DNA of 64,000 nt from Octopus sinensis. Its lineage: Eukaryota. Location: contig NC_043008.1 in the NCBI RefSeq assembly GCF_006345805.1, positions 48,298,001 through 48,362,000 of the forward strand, written 5' to 3'. The position numbers and the translations under genes were made by a program. Below, in pieces: positions 12,361-24,460 of the stretch; position 1 is the first letter of the stretch, and each line of letters starts with the position of its first letter. A model generated the notes under the pieces. It did not search any database, was not told the DNA's origin, and saw only the letters and a program-made list of their open reading frames with translations.

Positions 12361-13102
12361 TAAGTGGACGGAAGTTAGTTAGCTGAGGTGGGATTTGAAC
12401 TCAGCAGAGAACTGCAATAAAAGTCACAAGGCATCTTATTTGATACTTTAAGGATTCAATCTGTTTCCTGTCTCACTGAGACACACATTTATATATACAT
12501 GCAGACGTGTATATATGGAAGATGGACGTCAAACGATGATGACAATGATGATACACATACTTGTATATATATTTCTTTATTGACCACAAGGGGCTAAACA
12601 TAGAGGGGACAAACAAGGACAGACAAACGGATCAAGTCGATTACATCGACCCCAGTGCGTAACTGGTACTTAATTTATCGACCCCGAAAGGATGAAAGGC
12701 AAAGTCGACCTCGGCGGAATTTGAACTCAGAACGTAACAGCATACGAAATACGGTTACACATTTCGCCCGGCGTGCTAACGATTCTGCCAGCTCGCCACC
12801 TTGATGATAAACATACTTGTGTGTGTGTGTGTGTATATATATATACATGCTAGCATGGAGAACGGACGCTAAATGATGATGATGATGATGATGATATATA
12901 TATATATATATACAGACACACACACACACACACATGTGCACATGTATTGGTGTGTGTGTATGTGTGTGTACCTGCATGTGTCTCAGTGAGACAGCAAACA
13001 GATGGAATCCTTAAAGTATCAAATAAGATGCTTCGTGACATTTATTGCAGTTCTCTGCTGAGTTCAAATCCCACCTAGGCTAACTAACTTCCATCCACTT
13101 AA
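12360..13102. repeat. 126-bp inverted repeat pair (12360-12485 / 12977-13102), about 94% identical
   Basis: Manual alignment gives 8 mismatches in 126 bp. Confidence 0.9.
12565..12801 (-). mobile_element. tRNA-derived SINE family A, young copy with 19-bp TSD
   Basis: Head ggcgagctggcagaatcgttagcacgccggg..., box B gagttcaaattcc, central gtcgactttgcctttcatcctttcggggtcgat. TSD tgatgata(c/a)acatacttgt at 12546-12564 and 12802-12820. Related copies near 660-870, 2730-3410, 4100-4520, 28660-28850, 37100-37270, 41440-41640, 45870-46020, 47080-47200 and 50330-50750. Confidence 0.85.
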
Positions 13103-13621
13103 CCTCAATAACTTAAATACCAGCTCTTTTCTGCTCTCTTTCCTCCTCTGTGTGTTACATCCTGGATGTTACACTCAAAGTATTGTATGGCCAAGAGATT
13201 GTCCATGTCAGCTTGTGACCGCATGGACACCTAAAACCATTGCACATGCTACAAAGTCATGCTAAAACAAAAAAAAAAAAACAAGTAACAGCACTGTGTG
13301 AGTGTGGGTGTATTTTAGATGTATAATGAATTATAACATGGTTTTTAATTCATCATCATCGTTTAACGTCCGTTTTCCATGCTGGCATGGGTTGGATGGT
13401 TTAACTGAGGTCTGGAGAGCCCGTAGGCTGCACCGGGCTCCAATCTGACCTGGCAATGTTTCTACAGCTGGATGCCCTTCCTAACGTCAACCACTCAGAG
13501 TGTAGTGGGTGCTTTTTACATGCCACCAGCACGGGGGAGCCAGTCAGGTGGGCCTGGCATCGATCACGTTCGGATGGTGCTTTTTACGTGCCACCAGGTT
13601 TCTATTTTAAATAATGAATTA

Positions 13622-13823
13622 CCATAAAGGCTTCGAATTTTGGCATAAGGCCAGCAATTTTGGGGGAGAGGCTAAGGTTGATTAGATCTACCCCAGTGCT
13701 CAAGTGATACATATTTCATCAACCGTGAAAGGATGAAAGGCAAAGTCAACCCTGGTGGCATTTGAAATCCGAATGTAAAGATGGGTACAAATGAAGTACA
13801 AATGATTCTGCTAGCTTGCCGCC
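13622..13823 (-). mobile_element. SINE family A copy with 14-bp TSD
   Basis: taaataatgaatta at 13608-13621 and 13824-13837 flanks a family A body. Confidence 0.8.
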
Positions 13824-14709
13824 TAAATAATGAATTATAATATTAACACAGATAAATATGAAGGTTAGAATTCATAATTTAATCTAATTAAATGTGTAAA
13901 TGAATAAATTTTAGAAATTTCAAGGGCGCCCCAGCATGGCCACAGCTCGTGAGCTGAAACTAGATGAAATAAAAAATAAATAAATTAGTTTCTACAGCTC
14001 ATCAAAGCAGCAGCAGTAGCAGCAGCAGGAGGTTAACTTCTCTTTAAGCAGGATGTTTTAGTTTGTATGATTCAACAACATATATTACTTTCTCCGACAT
14101 CCAGACTCCAATGCAATTTCATTAAATAACCCTTCAACAGATGAAAATTTAGAGTCTTGCTTAAGCAATAGTTTTAATTAAACAACCAACCATCTCTTTT
14201 CAAGTTCAATTCATCGTCAGGCCAGGCTAATTAATCTTATCTAAGCCACTTATTCATAACTGAATACTGTACATTTAAGGTCATTAGTCACACACTTTCC
14301 AGGTCAGTAATATTAAGTGTACTACAGCTTATAAACAGGATTAAAATCCATCGTTCATTTGATATCTAATTAATTACATTATCTTTGATGCCATACCATA
14401 AAAGATCGTTCCTTTAGATCAATTTTCTATTTTTCAATATCAAACTAATTTATTATTGCTAAACACCAACATTCCTCACCGTTGTGTGATTGGTAGATAT
14501 CCTCCTAGAAAAGTGAGATTTATTTCTGCAGTGATTATGTTTGAAACAACATATGGCCATACTGTTGTAATACATAGTTTAGTCTATTTTACAGTTGTAA
14601 TACACTATCAATACCTTACTATTACAATATGCAAGTGCTAAGTTTAAGAAAAACAGGAAGGGCAGAAGGTAGAAATTGAGAGTAGATTTTTAGAACTGAA
14701 GTTGGTTAC

Positions 14710-14852
14710 CCTTTCTTGATAGAGAAGTTCTTGGTAACTCAATGGGGCTGGTCTTGGGTTCAATGAACGCAACTGTCTTTGTAGCATCAAAGAGCCCACA
14801 TTTGCCTGTATCCAATGCTCCTTTCCAGAACTTTGAAGGGGCATTTTCTGGA
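14710..14852 (-). CDS. Ack-like: SH3 domain exon, second half (PENAPSKFWKGALDTGKCGLFDATKTVAFIEPKTSPIELPRTSLSRK)
   Basis: Acceptor ctctttgcag, donor G|gtaacc, 143 nt, phase 2/1; SH3 W-x-G and GLF motifs. Confidence 0.92.
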
Positions 14853-15278
14853 CTGCAAAGAGACAAAGAAAACAAATTTAGTTAAACATAAATGAATTAT
14901 CAACAGTTTACAAGAAATTTATAAAAATATGAAAACTTCATAACGAGGTAATCAAGGAAGAAGTCCACCAGGTCTATACAAATATCTAACACAGTTGCAG
15001 AGGCTGCCCAGTTAATTTCTTGAATTTTAAAGAAGTGTATGTGTGTGGTTTTTTAATTTATACAAGCTATGGAATATTTTGTAATTTTCCCAGTGTGATG
15101 ACAATCTACACCAACAGATGATATTTCCATGATATTGAATGATATCTAAACACTCAGAGAGCATGTGTGGTCTTGTTGGATGAAAAAAAAATTGAATCTA
15201 GGTCAAAATTGCAATCGTTTAGTTGTTAGTCACACATGTTCTCTAGGGGTTAACACCAACAAAATTGTTTTAAAAGCT

Positions 15279-15313
15279 TTATATATATATATATAATATA
15301 TATATATATATAT

Positions 15314-15367
<54 letters not shown>
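15279..15367. repeat. Compound (TA)n(GA)n microsatellite
   Basis: Direct observation. Confidence 0.95.
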
Positions 15368-15370
<3 letters not shown>

Positions 15371-17033
15371 AAACCATTCTATCACTGGGGCACCACCGAA
15401 GGTTGTTTCCTTATTTATCTAGAGCAGAAATCCCTAAAATGTGTCTCAGGATAATTCAGAAAGGGTCACCAGCACGGAATCGTTTACTTTTGAAATATGA
15501 TAATGAACTAATCCAGAAAGATGTTAAACAGATTTATGCAAATATGTAATACAGCTGGAAAGATTACAGAGTTAATTTTCTTGACAAATTTTAAACAAAT
15601 CTACCATATGTGTGTCTGTAATGTATATGCTCTGTGGAGTACTCTGTGTGCATGTATGTATTTCTCTCCGTCTCCACACACACAGCTGCTCTGCTAAGCC
15701 CGTCCCTCCAAGCAGTAAGTCACACCATATACAGGTAATTTTGTTCAACTCAATCTCTTTGAACAAGTCAGGTGGGACAGTGCTGAAGCAACACCCCAGA
15801 AAGGCAATTCCGTCAGTGATGATGACATTCATCATGCAAACGTGATGGGCTGGCATGCACCTTGAGGTTGAAATGCTTTTGGGAAACAAGTTGGGTCCGA
15901 CTGTGATTCCAGCTTAGAGGCATTCAGCCATTATCATTGAGAGGCAACCTAACACCACCATTCCATTGAGCAAGCACACAAACTGTTGCTCTGACCCCGT
16001 GGTTCCTTTCACATTGGATGGGATAGCTGTAGCTGAGTTGGCAAAAGCATCGGTGGCAAGGGTCAATGTGTAAGCATACTGTTACTGTGCCCTGAAACCC
16101 CAACAACTCAGGGTACACACACACACAATGCATTGCTAGAATAAAACTAAGCTTTCTCACAAATTCCTTTTCAGGACAGTGAAACTCAAAGCAGACAAAG
16201 TTACAAACAACAGATGTAAGAAGAGAGAAAGGAATACTGCTACTTCAGAATTCTGAAATACCTAAAATGTTGGGCAAAAGAGGTGCTTCTATGTAGTTGC
16301 TTGGCCTGCTAAAAATAAGAGCCAAATCTCCCACAAATTACACAGCCTACAGTGCTAGAAGGAAAGACAGTTAGGAAATCTAAGATGTCCAATGTTCAAC
16401 AAAAAGCATGGGATGGTCATGGCAGGAAGGTTTTTGGCCATAGGAGGATTACACCATTGAAATGAGACTGAAATAACACATAAACAAGTGAAATAATACA
16501 AAACTTAAATACTAATGGAGTGTGGGCAGCTCTTCAGCTGGTCAGCCCCTGTCAGCCCCTGTGGTGATCTCCAATGTCTGGCATGGTTTCTACAGCTGGA
16601 AGTCCTTCCTAATGCCAACCACTTGAGAGTGTAAGAGGTGCTTTTTTTTTTTCATGGCATCAGCAGTAGTGAAGTCACCAAACATTGGGAAGACAAGATC
16701 TTTAGAAAGATGTGAGCATGCAGCATTGAGGAAGGTGTGTTTGTACCTGGTGTAGAGAGGCAGGAACAGACGTGTTGCTGGAGAGAAAAGGTGTGAGAGT
16801 GTGTCCTCAAGGAACAAGATGGATGCAGAGAGAATAGCAGCAGAGAATCAAGAATGGTTGTGTGGGTAGGGAGGTCCGTGAGAATGTGAGTAGAGATGAG
16901 GACAGAAGTGAAAGCAGTGAATAATGAACATTGATGGATGCATGGACAATGATGACTCCCAGTTTGGGGAAATTCAAAGAAAATAGGGTCAGAAACTAAC
17001 GTTGCAAAGGAATTAGAAATTGCAGGCACTTAC

Positions 17034-17140
17034 TTCTTATCTAAAATAACAATGGTGTCGTAAGCCTTAAAAACTAAATATTCATCACCAGCAGAGGTTT
17101 CTGGAGAATCAGCAACTGCTTTTGCCAGAGATGGGCGCAT
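17034..17140 (-). CDS. Ack-like: SH3 domain exon, first half (MRPSLAKAVADSPETSAGDEYLVFKAYDTIVILDK)
   Basis: Acceptor ttttttgtag after a 117-nt intron, donor AA|gtaagt, 107 nt, phase 0/2. Confidence 0.9.
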
Positions 17141-17257
17141 CTACAAAAAACACAAGAACATTATCATGAAGAACAGCTCACTAAGAAAGACTGGAAGAAA
17201 ACTTAAGAATAAAGGTCAAATCATTTTGAAAATTCTTGGAAAGGTAAATAAACTTAC

Positions 17258-17407
17258 CTTTGGCTGTTTCAAAAATATTTCACTGAATGTAGGCCTATCC
17301 TTTGGGTCATCTTCCCAACACGACTTCATTAGGTCAAAGTACTCTCTGGGGCAAAGATCAGGTCGATCTAAGCGCTGACAATTTGGCTGATCAACAGCTT
17401 CAAGGAT
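17258..17407 (-). CDS. Ack-like: Kinase C-lobe exon (ILEAVDQPNCQRLDRPDLCPREYFDLMKSCWEDDPKDRPTFSEIFLKQPK)
   Basis: Acceptor gcctaaag, donor AAG|gtaagt, 150 nt, phase 0/0; CW..DP..RPTF motif. Confidence 0.95.
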
Positions 17408-19384
17408 CTTTAGGCAAAAAACAAAAAAAAAAAACAATTTAATTTATTCCAAAATTCCTTGAAAATTTTCCTAACATTATCCTGCAGTTAATGTTTCTGC
17501 TAATTGTCCATGACCTTACCCCAGACAAACTATGCTCTAAGCAAATGTAAAACTTCAGAGAGATTATATCTGGAAAGGACACCAAAGTGAACCTTATTTC
17601 CAGTCTTCATGATACAGCAACATTAACCCTTCTGATAGCAGACCACCTGAATTTCTCAACCCTCCAACCCCTACTAAGACAGACTTGACTAGAGCTGACA
17701 GACATTACCAAAAAAAAAAAGAAAATGAAAGGACAGATGTCTTTATGTTTTTAGACATAAGAACTGAGGAGAGTGTCTAGGATATTACTGACCCTCCCCA
17801 ACTGGGAAGGTTCATACAGGGGACAGTCTGAGCAGCTATAAACATGAGAAGAGAGCCAAGAAGGAAGTGGCCCTAGGCAATGTAAGGAACTGAGTTGATA
17901 CTATGAGTATGGACAGAAAGACAAATGGGTGTCATGGCAGTTTGAAGTAGGGGGCCCACATGAAGCTAACTAGTTTGACAGGCAGTAGCACCAGAAAAGG
18001 GAAGATAAGAAGACATCTGGAAGTTGTAGCAGGTTAATAAGATTTACAATCAACTGGTTTTCTATTGAATAAGGCTTATGGTTGTGTTAGAGCAGGGTTA
18101 GCAGGTACACAAATGTGGGTCAGACTTCACCTTTATACAAGACCAGCAATTGATAAGGGCCTCAAATATTTTCTAACCCTGCCGAGAAAGTTTGATTTAT
18201 GGAACAATTAAGGGAAGGATCTTACTGATGCTCTCTACACTAAAAGAGCAGTGGATAGGTTTTAAGAGCTCCATCCCTCCATCCCCCACTCAAACCGGAC
18301 TGTTGTTTAACTCTTCAGCATTAAACAATTCTCTCTCAGAAGTGATGCTTATTCATTCACATTGTTTTGAAATTAATTATGCATTATCTTGTAGCTTTGA
18401 GATCTGGATGAGGCATCTTAATTTTTAGAATGATAGTGTAGAGTTGATGCGAGAGGTCAGGCCTGGCCAGTCTAAACATACAACAGGTAGAATATTTTGG
18501 CCAGATATCATCACATCATATAACGTCCATTCTCCATGCTGGCATGAGTTGGATGGTTTGACCAGGGCTGGTAAGTTAGAAGGCTGCACCAGACTCCAGT
18601 CTGATTTGACATGGATTTCTACGGCTGGATGCCCTTCCTAATGCCAACCACTTCAAGAGTGTGATGAATGCTTTTATACACTACCATCTTGGGTGCCATT
18701 TGCGTGGCACCAGTATCTGCCATGACTGCAATTTTGCTCAGCTTGATGGGTGGTCTTCTCGAGTACGACATAATGCCAAAGGTGTCGGTCATTGCCCCTG
18801 GTTTAAATCTTAAAAGGTGGGTTTAAATGCTAAAAGGTTAAAATTCTATAAAAATAAATGTTAAATGATAGGCTGAGAAATTAACCTAGTCATCTCATAT
18901 GGTTTAATATTTTATCCCAATTTCCTATTTAAAAGAAAAATTCTTGTTTCTTAGAGGACTTTCATATTGTTTATTTCCATTCCAGTCTTTAACAGACCGT
19001 GGCTGGTTATTATGGAAATCTTAACTAAATTAATACACTGAAGAATGTGAATGATAACATTTGAGCAATTCTTGTAACTGATGGGTTATAATTAACACAT
19101 GCCAACACAGATTTAATGATTTGCTCATTAATTGTAAGGTTGTTTACTGTACACTCCATCATGTGACCCACACATTGTTAGAAGGTGACAAAGATGATCG
19201 TTTCATTTCAATTGTATCAAACAGACAATATATATGACAGAGAGCGTATAAACTCTTTAAATACATCAAAAAGATACAATATTTCAATAAAATAAAATTT
19301 CTCTAAGATAATTATTAGATTTTCTTTCAAGAAATCAAAAAAAAACAAAAAAAAGAAGAAACTTGCAAGTTTGTAGCAACCTAC

Positions 19385-19511
19385 CTGTTGTCCAGTCATT
19401 CCAGCCCAAGGCTGGAATCCATATGTGAACATTTCCCAAAGAGTAACTCCATATGACCAAACATCACTCGCAGATGTAAACTTCAAATAATTGATACACT
19501 CCGGAGCACAC
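19385..19511 (-). CDS. Ack-like: Kinase exon: APE and helix F ([42 protein letters not shown])
   Basis: Acceptor ctaattacag, donor CAG|gtaggt, 127 nt, phase 2/0. Confidence 0.96.
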
Positions 19512-19771
19512 CTGTAATTAGAGTGATGAACACAAATTATAGGCTTTCGAGAAGTTACAAGCTTTAGAGAAGAATGTTGTGAGGGAAGTCTGCAATTCCA
19601 GCCATTCTTTCTAATAATTCCTGTCACTTGCAAAACACAAAATGTTCTCAACCATACACAGCTACACAAACTTAAAATAATACAAGTAAAAAACACATTG
19701 AAAGGAAGTATACAAATGCAAACAGGAAATGCGTGAGAGTGTGTGTGTGTGCATATATATGTGTGAGTGTG

Positions 19772-19805
<34 letters not shown>

Positions 19806-20329
19806 CACATTAATCAACACTTAATTGACAAAGAGAAACATCTTTAGTGACGCAGAGAGTCAAATCTGTGAACTCTTAAGTCCTGGGATGATTTACAGAC
19901 AAACCACTGCAAGCCATAGAGCAAGTTTGTGTGGGCAGGGGGCAAGGTTCCAGCTAATCAGTAATTGACAAAGAGGTGGAATGATAATGTAGGACAGACC
20001 TGGGAGGGATGGAAGGAAGAATGATGCAAGGTACAATGTTAGGTAACTAAAAGAATAAGGTAGACACTTAACTAGCAAGGATTCAGGGAGAAAGAGGTTC
20101 ATGGTGAGAAGATGAGAGAATGTGTTTCAGGTGATGAGATTGTGCTGTTGAGAATGGGGATGTCTTTGGAATGCTAAGTGGTGTATAATCAGCATCACAG
20201 ATGTCAAGAGGAAATACCACAAGAAGAGGTTAATAAATGATGAGAATGCATGAAGAGGGGGGGGACAACAGCAAGTAGATCCAACTGAAGGATCAGCAGC
20301 TGTTGACAGTTGAAAGAAGCATTAATTTA

Positions 20330-21080
20330 TAATGGCAGAGAAAGCAGGTGGACCTTGAGGAAGGGAGCCCAGTTGATTGTTGCTGACATGTTGAAAGTAT
20401 CTGCTAATGGTACTGTTCCCAATAACAAGTGTTTCAGTATCATTGTCAGGACAAAGGAGATATTTCAGAAAGAAATAACTCCAGATGGACATGTTCGGAA
20501 GCAATTCAGTTCAAACATGGCTGTCCCCACAATGCTGACTGCCAAGTTCTCACTCCAGAATCAGTTAAAATATTTAGAGGTAAAGTTCCAAAGATGCATG
20601 GGAGTCTAGAACGACAAGATCTGAAAGTAAACCTGGCAAAAACATATCACAGTAGAAAGAATACTGAATTGTATGGCTGTCTTGGAAGAGTCTGTGTTCA
20701 ATTTGTAGAATAGGTGGTTGTAGAAATTGTAAAGTTCATATCCAATAGAAATCAGGAGTCCACAAGAGATTTGGTGAGATCATTGTCTTATTGACAGAAA
20801 AGGAAGATACATCATCATCCTCATTTAATGTCTGTTGTCCAGACAGAGAATGAATACTTTCAAATGCCTGGATGGCTCTCTAGAAGTAGTCAGAAGACCT
20901 CTTACAAGTTGTTAACAGCAAGTGTTACCTAGGAGGGCCAAATGAGCAGCAGAAGTTAGGGTCCTGAAAGCATAGTAATCAGATCAAAGCTGGGAAGGAA
21001 AATTTTCAAGGAAGTATTACATCTGATGACAATATGGGGGTTTCTGAGAAGACAGAGATTGTGTGAGCCCATGTCCAAGC
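20330..21080 (+). mobile_element. Degraded RTE-clade LINE RT fragment
   Basis: Frame-shifted peptides QFKHGCP..., LEVKFQ and LERQDLKVNLAKT resemble the RTE RT region after the YADD motif. Confidence 0.55.
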
Positions 21081-21758
21081 ATGGAGAAAATGTTAAAAAA
21101 AATCTTAGTGATGAATGGTCATGAAAAATATATTGTTCTCAAAGCAAATTTTTTTTTCAATAAAAGAAAAACTCAAACTGGAGTATATATTTTCAATTAC
21201 ATTCGATTAAATCAAGTGATTCTCAACACACATCCAACATTCTTTTCCTATATGCCAGTCCTTTCTCAACACATGTATCAATCAATGGTACCTCACATTT
21301 TAATCTATGATAATTAGCCAAATGACTCCTCAAAAGAAATGTTATATGATCCCTCAAAGCAGACAAATATTATAGACCTTAAATACATATAATCTATCCT
21401 TTAGTTTCATTCCATACATTTTGTTTCCTTAGCCTCTTGCCTTTTATAACAAATCCCCAGCAATTAAAATTTCATACTGGATACTGTCACCATACTTTTC
21501 CTTCAGTTAATATAATAATTGCACATTGAACTGGACAAGCCTACCTCTGACATGACAAAAAAAAGAAACAGACATTGAATGACTTTCAGAAGGCTGTCAA
21601 CAGCTTACTAATAATAGTGTCAAATTAAAAAAAAAAAAAAGAAAAAGTGGTATTTGTTTAAAAATATTTTGACAACTGTGTCTCTACACAAGACCTGTCA
21701 TTGCTTGGTGTCCTTGTCAAAGCTTCCTCTCAGAAAGGAATTTCTGTTAATAATTCAA

Positions 21759-21928
21759 CCCTTTAGCATTCAGATTATTCTGTCAAATATAATGCTTGTT
21801 TGCATTATTTTAACGATGAGATTATTTATTTCCCAACGACATTGTAGGGTAAGTGTGAAAGGCCAGATCTGATCAGCTTGAACATAGAATGATTTGGGTC
21901 AGGTATGGTGGGTTTAAATGCTAAAGGG
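21759..21928. mobile_element. piggyBac-like MITE
   Basis: 12-bp perfect TIRs with tcaa on both flanks. Confidence 0.7.
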
Positions 21929-22691
21929 TCAAACTATTCAAATAATCAAAATCTATCATCATCATCATTTAATGTCTGCTTTCCATGCCGGCATAGGTTG
22001 GATGGTTTAACTGAAAATGTGGTAAGCCAGGGAGCTGCACCAGGTTCCAATCTGATTTGGCAAGGTTTTTTACAGCTGTATGCCCTTCCTAAGACCAAAC
22101 ACTCTGAGAGTGTAGTGGGTGTAGATGCCATTGACCTGACAGGTCTGCACAAACAAGGTATATCGCCAAAGGTTTTGGTCACCTGTCACTGCTTCCATGA
22201 GGCCCAATGCTCAAACAGCGCTTTTTACGCGCCACCAGCAAAGGTGCCAGCCAGACTATGATTTCACTCAGCTTGATAAGTCCTCAAAAGCACAGCATAT
22301 TGCCCTCAAAAAAAATAATAATTTGTCAGTTTTTATTCTCTGCTCTCTTCTTCCAAATTTGTAAGTTTGCTCTCACCATTTCTCAGTTATTTATTAGAGA
22401 AGGACACCATCTAAATCATTTTTCTCTTCTGCCATGGCATATATTAACATTTTCTGCAGTTTCGGAGACAGATTAATTTGAGAGTTGTACAATGCACATA
22501 CTCATCTTTCATGGTTCTGAGAGTGGTCATCTGGGAGTGCCATTACTGGTAAAATACTGTCCCAAGTCAATCACAATTGACCTAGAGCTAAATTTGCTTC
22601 TGGCTAAGTTTGTCCTTTGTAAAGTATATGCACACTTATGCTTGTAACCATTTCCAATTTTAAAAATTTGATTTTGTCTTGAAAATCTTTG

Positions 22692-22695
<4 letters not shown>

Positions 22696-22740
<45 letters not shown>

Positions 22741-22760
22741 GTGTGTGTGTGTGTGTGTGT
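22696..22760. repeat. (TG)n microsatellite
   Basis: Direct observation. Confidence 0.95.
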
Positions 22761-23124
22761 ACAGGTTCTCCTTTTGTGCAATAGTTGTAAAATGAGGGCA
22801 CATGGACAAGCACTAAGAGGAAACACTGATGACAATCAGAGATTATTATTAAAGTCTGAAGAAATCTTTTAAAAGACTGGCCATATTAAAGACTTTGTTA
22901 TATTTCACTTTATCACACGGAATGGAGCACACTGCAACCACCAGCACAGAACCATCAAAACAAACTCGAACCTGATACTGAAGCAAGTTCTTTATAATTA
23001 CAATTTAATGCTGAAGCAATAATTCTCTGGCAAACGTACAACATTTCTGAGTCTCAATGGTAACAAGCTTAAATCTATTACAAATCAAAACATATAAAAA
23101 AATATCATCAAAGGACTGACTCAC

Positions 23125-23222
23125 CAAGCAATTGGAAGTTTTAGATTGATGGTAAAATTACTCTGGTAATAGTCTTTGCCTACTCCAAGAGCTCGAGACA
23201 ATCCAAAGTCACTGATCTTTAC
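23125..23222 (-). CDS. Ack-like: Kinase exon: DFG and activation loop (VKISDFGLSRALGVGKDYYQSNFTINLKLPIAW)
   Basis: Not in the ORF track; found by reading the minus strand. Acceptor ttcctctccag, donor TG|gtgagt, 98 nt, phase 0/2. Confidence 0.95.
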
Positions 23223-23840
23223 CTGGAGAGGAAATAAAACAACACAAAGTGAGATCATGAAGAAAATTTGAGAGAGAGAAAGTTAGGCAGAATTACTGCA
23301 AGAACATGAAATATAAAATCTTTCCGCATGCAGGCATATCTTTCAGATGATAGGAAGAAAGAGATCAAATTTCATACTTTAAAAAACAAGCTAAACACAA
23401 GTTGGGAAAAGAAAAAAAGCCACAAACTACAGCCTGTCTGTGTTGGAGTTGTGGGCCAGCCCACGTTTATTTTTTGAATGTCAGTACTGACAAACTAAGT
23501 TTAACCGTCAACAACAATGAAATCTCAGATACTAAACTTCTTTTTTTTGTTGTTCGTTATATTCCTTCCTCTTTTCTTTTACAACACTGAGACAACATCA
23601 CTATTTTATTTATTCTTACCAATTCAAAAGTAAATCATTACAGGGCTCCTACTTTGCACACACAAACACACACACACATGGATATGCACATGCTTGTTTT
23701 TCTATGCTGGCAAACGTTGAATGAGTATTTATTTCCTGTTTTACAAATAAAGGAGATTTTACAGTCCTATATTTAAGAGATGAGGAATTATGTACATTAT
23801 TTACATTTAACAGATATTTAGCCTCATCTTGTTTGTTGTT

Positions 23841-23886
23841 AACACAACGTTTCAGCTGATATACCCTCCAGCCTTCATCAGATGTC
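23841..23886 (-). ncRNA. Minimal type I hammerhead ribozyme motif
   Basis: GACAU-CUGAUGA-A-GGCUG(GAGGGUAUAU)CAGCU-GAAA-CG-UU-GUGUU: intact core, 5-bp stem II, 5-bp stem I with G-U pairs, palindromic ACGU stem III, GUU cleavage triplet. Confidence 0.75.
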
Positions 23887-24069
23887 TTGGGGAAATTTCG
23901 AACCTGGGTTCTCATTCCTAAGGTATTTTTCAATACAGTTCTATATTTAAGAGATGAATTATGTACATTATTTACATTCGATGGATATTTGTCCTCATCT
24001 TGTTTGCTTTTAACACAACATTTCGGCTGATATACTCTCCAGCCTGAAGACACCTGAAGAAGACTCCAA

Positions 24070-24115
24070 GACACCTGAAGAAGGCTGGAGAGTATATCAG
24101 CCGAAATGTTGTGTT
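24070..24115 (+). ncRNA. Minimal type I hammerhead ribozyme motif
   Basis: GACAC-CUGAAGA-A-GGCUG(GAGAGUAUAU)CAGCC-GAAA-UG-UU-GUGUU; perfect stem II, ACGU changed to AUGU. Confidence 0.68.
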
Positions 24116-24414
24116 AACAATAAACAAGATGAGGGCAAATATCCATCAAATGTAAGTAATGTAAAATGTATTTTCCGATGTTATTATAATTATTATTATT
24201 CAGGTCACTGCCTGGAATCGAACTCAGAATATTGGGGTTACTAGCCCGTGCTCTTAACCATTATGCCCACAGGCATATGGTGTTGTGGTTAAGAGTGTGG
24301 GCTACTAACCCCAAGATTCCGAGTTCGATTCCAGGCAGTGACTATAATAATAATAATAATAATAACATTGAAAAATAGCTTAGGAATGAGTACCCAGGTT
24401 TGAAATTTCTCCAA

Positions 24415-24460
24415 GACACCTGATGAAGGCTGGAGGGTATATCAGCGGAAACATTGTGTT
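24415..24460 (+). ncRNA. Degenerate hammerhead ribozyme motif
   Basis: GACAC-CUGAUGA-A-GGCUG...CAGCG-GAAA-CA-UU-GUGUU; stem II closing pair mismatched and stem III mutated. Confidence 0.55.

Noticed and set aside
19512-19810. N-terminal part of the 197-aa ORF 19217-19810
   Set aside because: Intronic read-through; only 19385-19511 is kinase sequence bounded by splice sites.
24272-24343. tRNA gene
   Set aside because: Boxes A and B are present but the acceptor stem is broken and the sequence is embedded in a repeated element; it is a SINE head.
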